Notes: generated by a model not told the origin, from the sequence alone. DNA of 64,000 nucleotides from Bythopirellula sp. (GCA_965216565.1 OZ244170.1:3008001-3072000); one strand, 5' to 3'; shown: positions 22,786 through 33,252, counted from the first letter of the stretch. Translations and numbers: made by a program.

Positions 22786-24003
22786 TCACGCCGACTGTCG
22801 TAGTGTAGCAGTGCCTGGTCCGTTGGCCAGATTGGAGATGTACTCAGCGGCCCGCTGAGAGGCGCCTCCATGGGCGATCTTGGATTTTAGCTGCGTAAGT
22901 TGATCTACATTCCTCTGGTAGGCAGCGGAATCTGTGAGCCAGTCAATCACGTGATCGGCCACGTCAGCGGATCGATCTTTGCAAGTAAGATACTCCGGCA
23001 TCAAGACATGTTCGTCGCGGGGGTCGCTGGGCGAGTAAATACCTGCCTCGCTCTCCGCAAACGGGTCGGGGGCCGTCAGCAAATTCACCAAGGTGATGTA
23101 ACGAACCTTGCGAAAAATACTCTGTACAAAATAGCCTAGCCGCGTGATTTGGTACTGAATGACCGACGGTTTGCAGTGGTAGAGGAGCTCTAACGAAACC
23201 GAGCCAGAGCAAGCCATCGTGCAGCGCGCGGCATGAATAAGTTCCGCCGTCCGCCCGACGTGGATCTCCGCCGGCAAATTATTCTCGGCAACGAGTTGGG
23301 CAACCATCTCGCGTTGCGACTGCTTATAGACGGCGACAGCAAAGCGGACGCTGGGCACCTGCTGGCGAACCATCTTTGCTGCCTTTAAGAACGCGGGCAG
23401 ATTGCCTTTGATCTCCTGCGTGCGAGAGCCGGGCAAGATCGCCACTAATGGGTCGGACTCCGACTTCTGATCTTCGACAAAATTATTGTCTAGCACCCGA
23501 GATTCGAGTTCATCGAAATACGGATGCCCCACGAAAGTGGCATGGCAGCCACGCTCACGAAACCAGGTTTCTTCAAATGGCAATTTGCACAGTACGTGGT
23601 CGACGTCACGCCGCATCTTCTTCACACGCCAACTGGCCCAAGCCCACAGTTGAGGAGTACCGTAATACACAACCGGAATGCCATGAGCCTTCGCTTTGCG
23701 GGCGATATGCCAATTGAAACCTGGGTAGTCGATCAGCACTACCAGGTCGGGCCGTTCGTTCTCGAAGTACGCATCTGCCTCACGTAGCAAACGACGGAAC
23801 TTGTGATAGTTGGTCACCACCTGAGCCACCCACATCACCGCCAATTGCGTAAGGTCGGCATTCAACGAACAGCCAGCCGCGGCCATCCGTGGTCCGCCAT
23901 ACCCGACGAAATCCCAGTGGTCGTGCCGCTGGCGCAGCGCACGAATTAGATTCGCCCCGTGCAAATCGCCGCTTGGTTCACCAACTGAGAAAAAGACCTT
24001 CAT
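22786..24003 (-). CDS. lpxB: Lipid-A-disaccharide synthase
   Basis: GEPSGDLHGA, IDYPGFN, PQLWAW..WR, LPFE, VGHP, LPGSR.QE. Confidence 0.93.
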   Translation of the reverse strand: MKVFFSVGEPSGDLHGANLIRALRQRHDHWDFVGYGGPRMAAAGCSLNADLTQLAVMWVAQVVTNYHKFRRLLREADAYFENERPDLVVLIDYPGFNWHIARKAKAHGIPVVYYGTPQLWAWASWRVKKMRRDVDHVLCKLPFEETWFRERGCHATFVGHPYFDELESRVLDNNFVEDQKSESDPLVAILPGSRTQEIKGNLPAFLKAAKMVRQQVPSVRFAVAVYKQSQREMVAQLVAENNLPAEIHVGRTAELIHAARCTMACSGSVSLELLYHCKPSVIQYQITRLGYFVQSIFRKVRYITLVNLLTAPDPFAESEAGIYSPSDPRDEHVLMPEYLTCKDRSADVADHVIDWLTDSAAYQRNVDQLTQLKSKIAHGGASQRAAEYISNLANGPGTATLRQSA

Positions 24004-24479
24004 TCGTTCGCCTCGGACTGGAAGACTCGATTCGCGCGAAGTATGGCAAATTGGTGGAAACAGCGAAAGTTCAGTTGGACTGACCTTAATTGCAGACCAC
24101 GAATTGTGCGAATTAGACGATGAGTTTCCGCGTGGAGATCGTTATAGCTGCTAGATCGCTCCTCTTTGTAGCTGCTAGATCACTCCCTAGCCGGAGGCAC
24201 ACTTGCCTCCGGACTACGGCGGGTCGTCCACCACGGCGGACCGCGTGGCGGTCCGGCTAGCAGCGATTCTTATGCTTCGCTGTCAAACGTGGTAGCGAGC
24301 CGTGGTGTCGTCGCTTCTAACAAAATGGCATGATTTCAATGCAATTTCCGGAAAAGTTCCGCCCGAATTCCCAAGATCACTCCCGCGACTGCGAAGCACT
24401 ACAATGAGAGAACAAAAATAAGCAGACGGCGTCGCACGGCAACCCTTTCACGAGGCACCCCAACTGAGGGTGAATTCCC

Positions 24480-25202
24480 ATGAACAACGAAAACTTGGCG
24501 GAAACGCAATATTTCGAGCCGGGCAAAGATCATCCCGCTGCCGTCGAAGGAAACGGTCCATTGGCTGAGTTCAAACCGTGGGTCTCCATTTGGACCAGCC
24601 CCAGACTAACCATCCGCCAGATTCTCAACACTGATCCGACCCTCTACATACTTCCCCTCATCTGCCTGATTGGCATTGCTGATTTCCTGGAAAATGCTGC
24701 GAACGAAAATGCCGGGGACAGCGTGCCTGTTAGCGTCATTCTGCTTCTTGCCGTTGTCGTCGGCCCGATTGCCGGCTTCGTCTACGTGTGGCTGTTCAGC
24801 CACTTGATCCGTATCGTCGGCAATTGGCTCGGAGGAGTCGCAGGTTATGCGCAGATAAAACCAGCTCTCGTTTGGGGCTCGATCCCCAACGCAGCGTCCC
24901 TATTGCTATGGATCCCTATCATTGCAATCTTAGGGAGAGACGCCTTCACCAGCTCAGCCGAATTCCTCGAAGGCGATACTTTTCGAGCAGCCATTGTGAT
25001 CTGCTTGGGTTTGCAACAAATCATTCTGGGCATCTGGTCGGTTGTGCTGACCAGCAATACGGTGGCCGAAGTCCAGGGATTTCAATCCGCTTGGAAAGGC
25101 CTGGGAAACATTCTACTGGCGGGCCTGGTGGTTGTCTTACCGATCTTATTGATGATCGCCGTCGGCCTCGGAATAGCAGTCGCCTTGGGTGGGATGAACT
25201 AA
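24480..25202 (+). CDS. Yip1 family membrane protein
   Basis: PWVSIWTSPRLTIR motif plus five TM helices ending in AEVQGF.SAWK. Confidence 0.78.
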   Translation: MNNENLAETQYFEPGKDHPAAVEGNGPLAEFKPWVSIWTSPRLTIRQILNTDPTLYILPLICLIGIADFLENAANENAGDSVPVSVILLLAVVVGPIAGFVYVWLFSHLIRIVGNWLGGVAGYAQIKPALVWGSIPNAASLLLWIPIIAILGRDAFTSSAEFLEGDTFRAAIVICLGLQQIILGIWSVVLTSNTVAEVQGFQSAWKGLGNILLAGLVVVLPILLMIAVGLGIAVALGGMN

Positions 25203-25314
25203 CGAGCCGCGGCGTGCGCGTCCCCAAGCTTCTCCGATCTAGGAATAAATCCGCACACCAAAAGAAGATTCGTCTTATGAGTTAGCTCAGTGGTCACCTA
25301 CGAACTCGTGGTGA

Positions 25315-25884
25315 CTAGCGAATTTCGAGCAACAACTCGAGATAGCTGCGCCGTTCGATCTCCGCCAATGCCAATTGATCTGCCAGGGCCGAAAGTGTGG
25401 AGCGTGCCTTCTGCAGCAGCGGATCGTTTGGCCCCGAGGCTTCCACACCGATCTCGATTTCAACAAACTCGCCCAATCCCTCGATCTGGTCCAGCGCAAA
25501 CTCAATCTCCAGCTCGTCCCGCGACAATCGGGCGGTGCGGCGCTGCTTCGTAACGGTCGAGACGGGCGTGAACCCTAAGTGCTGGAAGATCGCGTGGCAC
25601 GATTGCCGAGCCTGTTCCCCGGGGGCCAAAGCAACTTCTTCCTCGCAGCGGGTCTTCGTCTCCGCGTCGATTTTGGGCCCCTTATAGGTGATGCAATTCC
25701 ACGTCCCCACGGAACGGAGACGAAACGCCTCATCGGTTTCAGAAAAATCGCGCGTCGGATGACGATAATAACAATCGACCTGCTCAACCGCGTCGCTGAT
25801 CTGCAGATCCATCTTGGTCAGAGCATCGATGGTTCGCTGTAGATTGTCGACCCGATACTTTTGTTCGACTTCGAAATGGCTCAT
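25315..25884 (-). CDS. cyaB: CYTH-family protein (class IV adenylate cyclase-like)
   Basis: EVEQKY, Q.D.YY..P.RDF..TDEA.RLR, TYKGPK, LD.IEGLG.FVEIE, SYLELL. Confidence 0.88.
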   Translation of the reverse strand: MSHFEVEQKYRVDNLQRTIDALTKMDLQISDAVEQVDCYYRHPTRDFSETDEAFRLRSVGTWNCITYKGPKIDAETKTRCEEEVALAPGEQARQSCHAIFQHLGFTPVSTVTKQRRTARLSRDELEIEFALDQIEGLGEFVEIEIGVEASGPNDPLLQKARSTLSALADQLALAEIERRSYLELLLEIR

Positions 25885-25978
25885 GATCAGACGCTTCCTT
25901 GTTTGGCGGTCAGCGGTCAGCTTTCAGCGGTCAGCCTTTGAATGCAAAGCGTGTAGGCACCTCTTAGGCACCTCTCAG

Positions 25979-26076
25979 GCATCGAGGAAAAATAACTTCT
26001 CCTTGGGTCCCTCGCCCCTGTGGGGAGAGGCTAGGTGAGGGGAAGAATAAATACGGAAGTTATTTTTCCTCGATGC
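25979..26076. repeat. Composite REP/MITE-like element with perfect 21-bp inverted arms (second copy of the 947-1050 architecture)
   Basis: GCATCGAGGAAAAATAACTTC (25979-25999) and its reverse complement (26056-26076) around the same core. Confidence 0.8.
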
Positions 26077-26113
26077 TTTCGCTGACCGCTGACTGCTGAA
26101 AGCTACTACCCGC

Positions 26114-27541
26114 CTAATCGCTGAGATACTGCGAAGCATCAAACGACTGTCCTGCCTCGACCCGCTCGGCGACCCCCGCCGCATCGAGTGCGTAAAGTGG
26201 ACTGATTTCGACCTCGGCTCCATCAGCCACGCTGGCACCGGCAGCCTCAAGCCAGCGGCGATGCTGGGCACACATCATCTGTTGCACATACTCCTCGGTA
26301 TCCTTCGGCGCCCCTGGCGCATTCTTTAGCGGGGCAAAACACTCCTCCTCGGCAAACTCGACGACAATCGGGTTCTTAGCCTCGGGCAGCAGATCAAAGA
26401 TGAATCGCTCGAACTTCAGGGCATTGGGCGCGGAAGGCTCGACTCGGTCGCCACCGGGCGGAAGATGCGCGACCTTTTTCTTAGCGATGTGATACGGGAG
26501 CGTACTGGAGATCGATTGGGCCCGTTCAAACAAGTTGCGATCGAAGACATGGATGGCAATGCTGCCGGCCCAGAATTGCAATTCCCCCTGGTCATCTCTC
26601 TTCTCGGCGACGTCATCGGGCAAATCGCTGTATTCGATCACATGCAGCCGGCCATCGATCATGGCAAAGTTGCCCACTTTTTCACCCGGCGTTTCTTTGG
26701 CAATCGCAAGCGACGTTAGCTCCGACTCGGCTAGCAAGTGGTAGCCGAGGAATTGGGCATCACAGACGGGGGCCAGCGGGTTATCGACTTGAAAGTAGAA
26801 CAACGTGTTCACGCCGCGCGACTTCATGTCGTCGAGTGCCCCGGTGTCATGAAGCGCTGTGACGGTTCCACCGTGGCCGTTGGGGCTGAGAAATAAACTG
26901 TCCTTCTCCGCCAATAATAGCTTGCCCGAGTCGATGTCCACCGCCGGCATGGTTCCCTGGCAGAAAACTGTGAGTTCGTCCGCGGCGAGGCCGAAGCGGT
27001 CGTTTTCTAGCACAAACTTGACAGTATCTTCGTGCGTGGCGGGGCTCGTCATCAGGTACAGCGGAATAGAAACTTTGTGCCGACGCGCTAACGCGCGAAC
27101 TTTCTCGACATGTATTTGCAAGAGACTCGCCTCAGAGACCGGCCCAATGGGGTAGAGACTCTTCGGCAGATCAAATCCGAGCCGACTCCCCTGCCCTCCA
27201 GCCGTGAGGATAACGCCAACTTCTCCCGCCTCCAGCGCCTCGATGCCACGGCGTTGGGCTTCGGCAGAAGAAATTCCCAAACTACCGGCTTGGCCCGATT
27301 CTCTTTCGGCTAGTCGCACGGCAGGCGGTGGCTCGGCACGCCGCGAGAGTTCGTGCCAATCGGGCTGATCCACTTCACCATGGAATAGAGACTGAATGAG
27401 CTGAAAATCTACGCCTTGAATTTGCCCCCCTAGCGTTGCTCGTTGGAGGTCGCTCAATTCGTCCCAATAGTGCAGCAGATGTTGCTGCCCGGTGGGCTCT
27501 AGGGTGGCCAGCAGTTCAGACTTAGTGGGGAAATCTGTCAT
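26114..27541 (-). CDS. UDP-N-acetylglucosamine pyrophosphorylase, UDPGP type 1 (eukaryote-like UAP) family
   Basis: AGGQGSRLG...PK, FCQG.MP, PNGHGG, QVDNPL, IEYSD, KFERFIFD, FAPLKN; ATG at 27541. Confidence 0.88.
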   Translation of the reverse strand: MTDFPTKSELLATLEPTGQQHLLHYWDELSDLQRATLGGQIQGVDFQLIQSLFHGEVDQPDWHELSRRAEPPPAVRLAERESGQAGSLGISSAEAQRRGIEALEAGEVGVILTAGGQGSRLGFDLPKSLYPIGPVSEASLLQIHVEKVRALARRHKVSIPLYLMTSPATHEDTVKFVLENDRFGLAADELTVFCQGTMPAVDIDSGKLLLAEKDSLFLSPNGHGGTVTALHDTGALDDMKSRGVNTLFYFQVDNPLAPVCDAQFLGYHLLAESELTSLAIAKETPGEKVGNFAMIDGRLHVIEYSDLPDDVAEKRDDQGELQFWAGSIAIHVFDRNLFERAQSISSTLPYHIAKKKVAHLPPGGDRVEPSAPNALKFERFIFDLLPEAKNPIVVEFAEEECFAPLKNAPGAPKDTEEYVQQMMCAQHRRWLEAAGASVADGAEVEISPLYALDAAGVAERVEAGQSFDASQYLSD

Positions 27542-27747
27542 CGTCAAAAAATCCAGTTTCGCACCCAGGCGTACGCCAAGAGGCAAAGGAGCGGAAAGGC
27601 TACGAAGACAACTCCGTAGGTAAACAACGAAGTCCACACATGTCGGGGCCAGCGTGCCATGTCGATATCACTCAGAACTGAAGTCCAAGGAGCCATTCGA
27701 TTCGTAAGGGACTATTATCGCTTGTTGAAGGTAATTTCCTAGGGGCC

Positions 27748-27783
27748 AGCCGACGACGCTAGCCGCGGCTAGCGCCGTCGGCT
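27748..27783. repeat. Palindromic REP-like element (CCGCGGCTAGCGCCGTCGGCTCA family)
   Basis: Near-perfect palindrome; second copy at 29259-29336. Confidence 0.7.
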
Positions 27784-27822
27784 CACATCGGACTCGGCAG
27801 GAAATCTGCCGTTCCCAAGTAG

Positions 27823-27852
27823 TTGAACCCAGCGGCTGTCGTCGACTATACT
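27823..27852 (+). promoter_or_regulatory. Candidate sigma70 promoter of metK (TTGAAC-18-TATACT)
   Basis: Near-consensus -35/-10 about 150 nt upstream of the metK start. Confidence 0.5.
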
Positions 27853-27999
27853 GCTAAGTTCGTGTGGCGTGATTTGCCGTCCACAGAACTCGCACAGATT
27901 TAGTTTCCAACGATCGCAGACCATTTATATGGGTCAGGCAATGGCTTGAGGGCCGCGATAACGCCCTCAAGGACTGACACCCGCAAGGAGAAATCAGAC

Positions 28000-29184
28000 G
28001 TGGCATCCGGAAAATATCTTTTTACTAGCGAAGCCGTAAGTATGGGCCATCCCGACAAGCTGGCCGACCAAATCTCCGACGGCGTGCTCGACGCACTTTT
28101 TGCCCAAGACCCCCATAGCCGCGTGGCCTGCGAAACAATGGTCACCACCGGTGTCGTGGTCATTGCCGGTGAGATCACCACCGAAGCCACCGTCGACATG
28201 CAGAAGATTGTCCGCGAAGTAATTCACGATGTCGGTTACACCGAGGCTTCGATGGGCATTAGTGCCGATCACTGTGCCGTGATGGTCGCCATCGACGAAC
28301 AGAGTGCCGACATCGCCATGGGTGTCGACGACGACGAGAGCAAAGGCAAAGACATCGGTGCCGGCGACCAAGGCCTGATGTTTGGCTACGCCTGCAACGA
28401 TACCGAGGAGTTGATGCCACTACCCATTGCTCTGTCGCATCGAATTCTTAATCGGCTGACCGACGCTCGCAGGAATGGCGATGTCGATTGGCTGCGTCCC
28501 GATAGCAAAAGTCAGGTCACGGTCGAATACGATGGCAACACGGCTTTGCGTATCGACACGGTAGTCGTGTCCACGCAGCATGCCCCCGATGTCACCAATG
28601 AAGAAATTCAAAAGTACATTATCGAAGAAATTATCAAACCGGAGCTTCCTGCCGACTTGGTCAGCGACGACATCACCTACCACATCAATCCCACCGGAAG
28701 GTTTGTGGTGGGTGGTCCTCACGGCGACTGTGGCCTGACCGGGCGAAAGATTATCGTTGACACCTACGGAGGTTGGGGTCGTCACGGGGGCGGAGCCTTC
28801 AGTGGCAAGGATCCCACCAAGGTCGACCGCAGTGCCGCCTACATGGCCCGCTACGTGGCCAAGAACATTGTCGCCGCCGGCTTGGCTGAGCGGTGCGAAG
28901 TGCAGTTGGCCTACGCCATCGGTGTTTCCGAGCCTGTGAGTATCCGCATCGATACCGAGGGCACTGGCAAAGTGGACGACGCAGTGCTTTGCGACGTCGT
29001 CCGCGAGGTATTCCCGCTGTCGCCCGCAGGAATTATCGATCACCTGGATCTCCGCCGACCGATTTTCCGCAAGACAGCCTCCGGGGGGCATTTCGGTCGC
29101 AGCGAGCCGGAATTCACCTGGGAAAAGACCGACCAGGTCGAAAAGCTCACAGCCGCAGCCGAGCAATCGGCAGCCGCCACTTGA
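28000..29184 (+). CDS. metK: S-adenosylmethionine synthetase
   Basis: [34 protein letters not shown] start at 28000 with AAGGAG SD. Confidence 0.97.
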   Translation: MASGKYLFTSEAVSMGHPDKLADQISDGVLDALFAQDPHSRVACETMVTTGVVVIAGEITTEATVDMQKIVREVIHDVGYTEASMGISADHCAVMVAIDEQSADIAMGVDDDESKGKDIGAGDQGLMFGYACNDTEELMPLPIALSHRILNRLTDARRNGDVDWLRPDSKSQVTVEYDGNTALRIDTVVVSTQHAPDVTNEEIQKYIIEEIIKPELPADLVSDDITYHINPTGRFVVGGPHGDCGLTGRKIIVDTYGGWGRHGGGAFSGKDPTKVDRSAAYMARYVAKNIVAAGLAERCEVQLAYAIGVSEPVSIRIDTEGTGKVDDAVLCDVVREVFPLSPAGIIDHLDLRRPIFRKTASGGHFGRSEPEFTWEKTDQVEKLTAAAEQSAAAT

Positions 29185-29258
29185 GAATCGAATTGCTAGC
29201 GGCCAACTAGACTGCGCTAGGCTGAACTCCAGCCCGTACGGTATCCTGAGGCTGTAGA

Positions 29259-29336
29259 AGCCGGCGGTGCTAGCCGCGGGTCTACCCGGATTGAACGTCG
29301 ATACTGATATAACCCGCGGCTAGCGCCGTCGGCTCA
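29259..29336. repeat. Inverted REP pair downstream of metK
   Basis: AGCCGGCGGTGCTAGCCGCGGGT ... ACCCGCGGCTAGCGCCGTCGGCT. Confidence 0.7.
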
Positions 29337-29400
29337 GGACTATTATTGTTAGATCGATTTCAACGTAACAAGCGGACACTCTAACGGATTAAGTGTTGCT

Positions 29401-30264
29401 ATGTCGGCAAGCTCGCAGCTTTCCTCTCCACAAATCAGCCAATTCGACTCCGTCGAGCAAGATCCGTGGCCGCAGCGATCGCGAAGTGCCACGCAGATTG
29501 TCGTGCTTGCTCTGACGGGATTGTTGATTGCTATCGGCGTGCTCTTCGCGGTGCGCCGGATGTGGGGTTCGTTCGTAAATGAGTTGCCGCCTCAGACGAT
29601 GCTGCTCACCGCGGTTGTCGCGACTGCGATTGCTACCTTCTCGAGAATCGCCTGGCGAAGGGTCCGACCGCTCCGACTTACCATGGAATGTGGAAACAAT
29701 TGGACCGATTACTTCGTCGGTTGGGGCACGTCGGTTGGCTTGTTGCTATTGGCGGTAGGTTGTTGCTTTCCCGCCTATCACAACAGCGACTGGCTAATTT
29801 GGCTGCCAATGCTCGTTGCGGATCAATTCTGGCGTCAATCCTATTTCGATGCCGGCAAACCGGGTAGCGACATGGAAATTGATTCTGCCGAGGAAATGAT
29901 CGACGCACCCACGACGTTGCCACTGGAAGCAAGAAGCGGCGTCGAGGAGCTGGAAGACAATCAAGAAATAGTCCAGCAGCTCTATCGTGTGCGTGGCGAT
30001 GATGGTGAAGAACTGATTTATGGGACGCTCCGTGCCGATTTTCATCCCGGCCAACGGACCGCAGTCTTGCACGTGGGCTTTTGCCCTCCCCTCCCCTACC
30101 TGCCCGAGATCGAAGCCGATCCGCTGCCGAGCAGTTCCGCGCGGCTGAAAGTCGTGCAATCTTTGGCCCACGGCACCCGTCTCGATGTTCGCCTCAGCGA
30201 AATCCCAAAGACCGACTGCCACCTGTGGATCGACATGTCCGCCACACCAGTCCAATCGGCGTAG
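29401..30264 (+). CDS. Hypothetical membrane protein
   Basis: Four TM segments plus a C-terminal domain containing HVGFCPP; no family recognised. Confidence 0.7.
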   Translation: MSASSQLSSPQISQFDSVEQDPWPQRSRSATQIVVLALTGLLIAIGVLFAVRRMWGSFVNELPPQTMLLTAVVATAIATFSRIAWRRVRPLRLTMECGNNWTDYFVGWGTSVGLLLLAVGCCFPAYHNSDWLIWLPMLVADQFWRQSYFDAGKPGSDMEIDSAEEMIDAPTTLPLEARSGVEELEDNQEIVQQLYRVRGDDGEELIYGTLRADFHPGQRTAVLHVGFCPPLPYLPEIEADPLPSSSARLKVVQSLAHGTRLDVRLSEIPKTDCHLWIDMSATPVQSA

Positions 30265-30407
30265 GATTGCCCTACCCCATACCTCAGACTCGCGTTGTGA
30301 GGGTTCTCGAGCCGCAGTATAATTCGCGCAAGCTAGGAAGCATGCAAAGACCGCGTCGGGCTTGGCGTAATCGCTCGGCGGTTCAGCACCAGAACCAGTA
30401 AACCAAC

Positions 30408-30899
30408 TTGAGTAGCAATCCCCACAGAATCGGACTGGGCGAAGATACGCATCGGCTAGCCGAGGGAGGACCCTTGCGAATCGGCGGAGTCGACATTCCT
30501 CACGATCAACATGCCGTAGGCCACAGCGATGCCGACGTGTTGCTTCATGCCATCACCGATGCCCTCTTGGGCGCGGCCGGCTTGGGGGACATCGGCGAGT
30601 TGTTCCCAGACAACGATCCAGCGAATAAGGACCGCGATTCAGCCGAGATGCTCCAGCAGGCACAAAGTTCGGTCATGAAGGCAGGCTACGAAATCGTGAA
30701 CCTCGATTGCGTTTTGTCTGCCCAGCGACCGAAGATTGCTCCGCACAAGCAAACAATTCGTAAACAACTGGCTGAAATCATGAATCTCGACACCGACCAG
30801 GTAAATCTAAAAGCTAAGACGGGCGAAGGCGTCGGGCCCGTGGGACGATGTGAAAGTATCCAGGCAAGGTGTGTTGCCTTACTGAGCCGTAGGCGCTAG
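30408..30899 (+). CDS. ispF: 2-C-methyl-D-erythritol 2,4-cyclodiphosphate synthase
   Basis: RIGLGEDTH, GHSDADVLLHA..DALLGA..LGDIG..FPD, KAKT.E. Confidence 0.95.
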   Translation: MSSNPHRIGLGEDTHRLAEGGPLRIGGVDIPHDQHAVGHSDADVLLHAITDALLGAAGLGDIGELFPDNDPANKDRDSAEMLQQAQSSVMKAGYEIVNLDCVLSAQRPKIAPHKQTIRKQLAEIMNLDTDQVNLKAKTGEGVGPVGRCESIQARCVALLSRRR

Positions 30900-30944
30900 C
30901 CTCGGGTGACTCACCCTTTTATCCCCAAGCAATACAATACCGCG

Positions 30945-32696
30945 ATGACTACTACCCAAACGAAGCAAGAACCGATGACCCTCTCCGATCCTCATCCGAG
31001 TTTGCAGATCTACAACTCCTTGACGAAGAACAAAGAGCCGTTCCGCACCGTCGAAGCGGACAAAGTCGGGATCTATCTCTGCGGACCCACCGTCTACGAC
31101 AAGGCGCACATCGGCCACATGGTGGGCCCCGTGATCTTCGACTGCATCAAACGCTATCTTACGTACTGCGGCTATGACGTGTCCTGGGTTGTGAACATCA
31201 CCGATGTCGATGACAAGCTCATCAAGAAAGCCAACGAACGCGGCATATCGATGATGGACGTCGCGGAGGAGAATATCGCCGACTACAACGAGAATCTCGC
31301 AGCCTTAGGCGTGGATCAAATCGATCACTTTCCACGAGCTACCGACTGCATGGATGAAATCATCGGCCTGATTGAATCTCTAGTCGACAAAGGTTTTGCC
31401 TACGCGTCGGAGGGCGACGTCTACTTTGAAGTGTCGAAAGACAACAGTTACGGCAAGCTTAGCAATCGTAGTGTCGATGCGATGCAAGGCGAGGGCGGCG
31501 GCACTGCGTCGCGCAAGCGAGGATTGGCGGACTTTGCTCTTTGGAAAACCGCCAAAGAAGGCGAGCCCGCCTGGGATAGTCCTTGGGGCAGTGGTCGACC
31601 CGGCTGGCATATCGAATGCTCGGCTATGAGCCGTAAGCTATTGGGCGAAACGTTCGACATTCACGGCGGCGGGCTCGACCTGGTTTTTCCTCATCACGAA
31701 AACGAAATTGCCCAAAGCGAATGCTGCCACGATCGCCCGATGGTTACCTACTGGGCCCACAATGGCTTGCTGCGTAGCGACCCCTCGGCCGGAAAGATTG
31801 GCGGCAAAGCGGAACGCGCCGGCTCCGACGAGGAGGCCGGCGGAAAAATGAGCCGCTCCAAAGGGGCGGGAGGTCTCGCCGAACTGATTGCCAGGCAAGG
31901 TGGCGAGCGAATTCGATTTTTCCTTTTGCGCACCCATTATCGCAGTACCGTACTATTCAGCGAACCCGCAATTGAAGAAGCCGGTGTTGGACTCGAAAGT
32001 TTCTACCGGCTCTTCAAACGCTTCGAACGCATTACCAAGACCAACTTCTACGCGCTCACCGCGGCTACGTCTCGCGGTTCATCGTTACTCAAGGTCGGCA
32101 AAGACCCAGCGCTCGACAAGGCAAGCGAATGTCGCAAGCGATTTCTGGCGGCAATGGACGACGATTTCAACACCGGCGGGGCCATCGGAGAATTGTTCGA
32201 ACTCACGAAAATCATCAACCGCTATTGCGACGATGCGAAACTAGAAGAAGAAGGTGCCGGGGACGTTGCTGCTGAGGCGACACTAGAACTGATGATGACC
32301 ACACTCAAAGAGCTTTCGGCGACGCTGGGGCTTTTCCTGAGCGAACCGGCTTCCGCAGGCGGCGGTGCCGGCGACGAGCTATTGGGGCAAATCATGCAGC
32401 TCCTGATCGATCTGAGGGCCACCGCCAGAGAGAATAAAGATTTCGACACTGCCGATGCTATCCGCGATGGGATCGATCCATTAGGGATTGTCCTTGAGGA
32501 TCGTGCCGGGGGTACTGAGTGGACCGGTGGCGGTGCAGACTCCGTTGAGGGCTTGATGCAGTTGTTGATCGAACTTCGACAGTCGGCACGCGGCAAGAAA
32601 GATTTCGCCACTTCCGATACCATTCGCGATCGGCTCGGCGAGATCGGCGTCACGTTAGAAGACCGTCCCGGTGGTACCGAGTGGAGCAAGGCTTAG
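30945..32696 (+). CDS. cysS: Cysteine--tRNA ligase with tandemly duplicated C-terminal module
   Basis: YLCGPTVY..AHIGH, GRPGWHIECSAM, DIHGGG.DL.FPHHENE, KMSRS, MDDDFNT. Confidence 0.96.
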   Translation: MTTTQTKQEPMTLSDPHPSLQIYNSLTKNKEPFRTVEADKVGIYLCGPTVYDKAHIGHMVGPVIFDCIKRYLTYCGYDVSWVVNITDVDDKLIKKANERGISMMDVAEENIADYNENLAALGVDQIDHFPRATDCMDEIIGLIESLVDKGFAYASEGDVYFEVSKDNSYGKLSNRSVDAMQGEGGGTASRKRGLADFALWKTAKEGEPAWDSPWGSGRPGWHIECSAMSRKLLGETFDIHGGGLDLVFPHHENEIAQSECCHDRPMVTYWAHNGLLRSDPSAGKIGGKAERAGSDEEAGGKMSRSKGAGGLAELIARQGGERIRFFLLRTHYRSTVLFSEPAIEEAGVGLESFYRLFKRFERITKTNFYALTAATSRGSSLLKVGKDPALDKASECRKRFLAAMDDDFNTGGAIGELFELTKIINRYCDDAKLEEEGAGDVAAEATLELMMTTLKELSATLGLFLSEPASAGGGAGDELLGQIMQLLIDLRATARENKDFDTADAIRDGIDPLGIVLEDRAGGTEWTGGGADSVEGLMQLLIELRQSARGKKDFATSDTIRDRLGEIGVTLEDRPGGTEWSKA

Positions 32697-32760
32697 TCGC
32701 TCAAAAAGACTTAGCATCCTCGCTTCGACACGATTGGAAATATCCCTTAGTTGCAATCGC

Positions 32761-33252
32761 ATGAGAATTCTTGGCATCGATCCTGGGCTGAACACCACTG
32801 GCTATGGTGTGCTGGAGATTACTCAGCGCGAGCCGCAGTTAATCGAGGCGGGAGTGGTCCGCAGCAAATCGAAAGGCTCGCTCGCTGAACGCGTGCAGGA
32901 AATTCATGACGGGGTCACCGATGTCATCGCCGCGCTACATCCCGATGTGATGGCCCTCGAGAAATTGTATTCGCACTACGATCGACCCACGACCGCCATC
33001 CTCATGGGACACGCGCGGGGAGTGATTTGCCTGGCCGCGGCCAGCGCGGGCATCAAGGTTAACGACTACGCCGCCACCCAGGTGAAAAAAACACTGACCG
33101 GCAACGGGCGTGCTCCAAAAACCCAAATGCAGCAGGCCATCGCCCGCGAGCTCGGGTTGTCAAACATTCCGGAACCTGCGGACGTTGCCGACGCCCTGGC
33201 TATCGCGTTCTGCCATCATTGTGTTAGCTTAACGGCCGCCCTGCAGAGGTAG
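32761..33252 (+). CDS. ruvC: Crossover junction endodeoxyribonuclease RuvC
   Basis: MRILGIDPG...TGYG, GHARGV, VKK...G.G.A.K.Q, D.ADALAIA.CH. Confidence 0.95.
   Translation: MRILGIDPGLNTTGYGVLEITQREPQLIEAGVVRSKSKGSLAERVQEIHDGVTDVIAALHPDVMALEKLYSHYDRPTTAILMGHARGVICLAAASAGIKVNDYAATQVKKTLTGNGRAPKTQMQQAIARELGLSNIPEPADVADALAIAFCHHCVSLTAALQR

Noticed and set aside
24145..24265. Short direct repeat TAGCTGCTAGATC(G/A)CTCC and adjacent hairpins
   Set aside because: Two copies only; looks like degenerate REP debris and no function can be supported.
25315..25884. CYTH cyclase as part of a cyclic-nucleotide anti-phage system
   Set aside because: Ordinary housekeeping context with no effector or defence genes nearby.
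27858..27999. Canonical SAM-I, SAM-II or SAM-V riboswitch call
   Set aside because: Consensus elements (ATC.AGAG/GCAACC, or TTG..GC..TAAA) were not found; kept only as a candidate leader.
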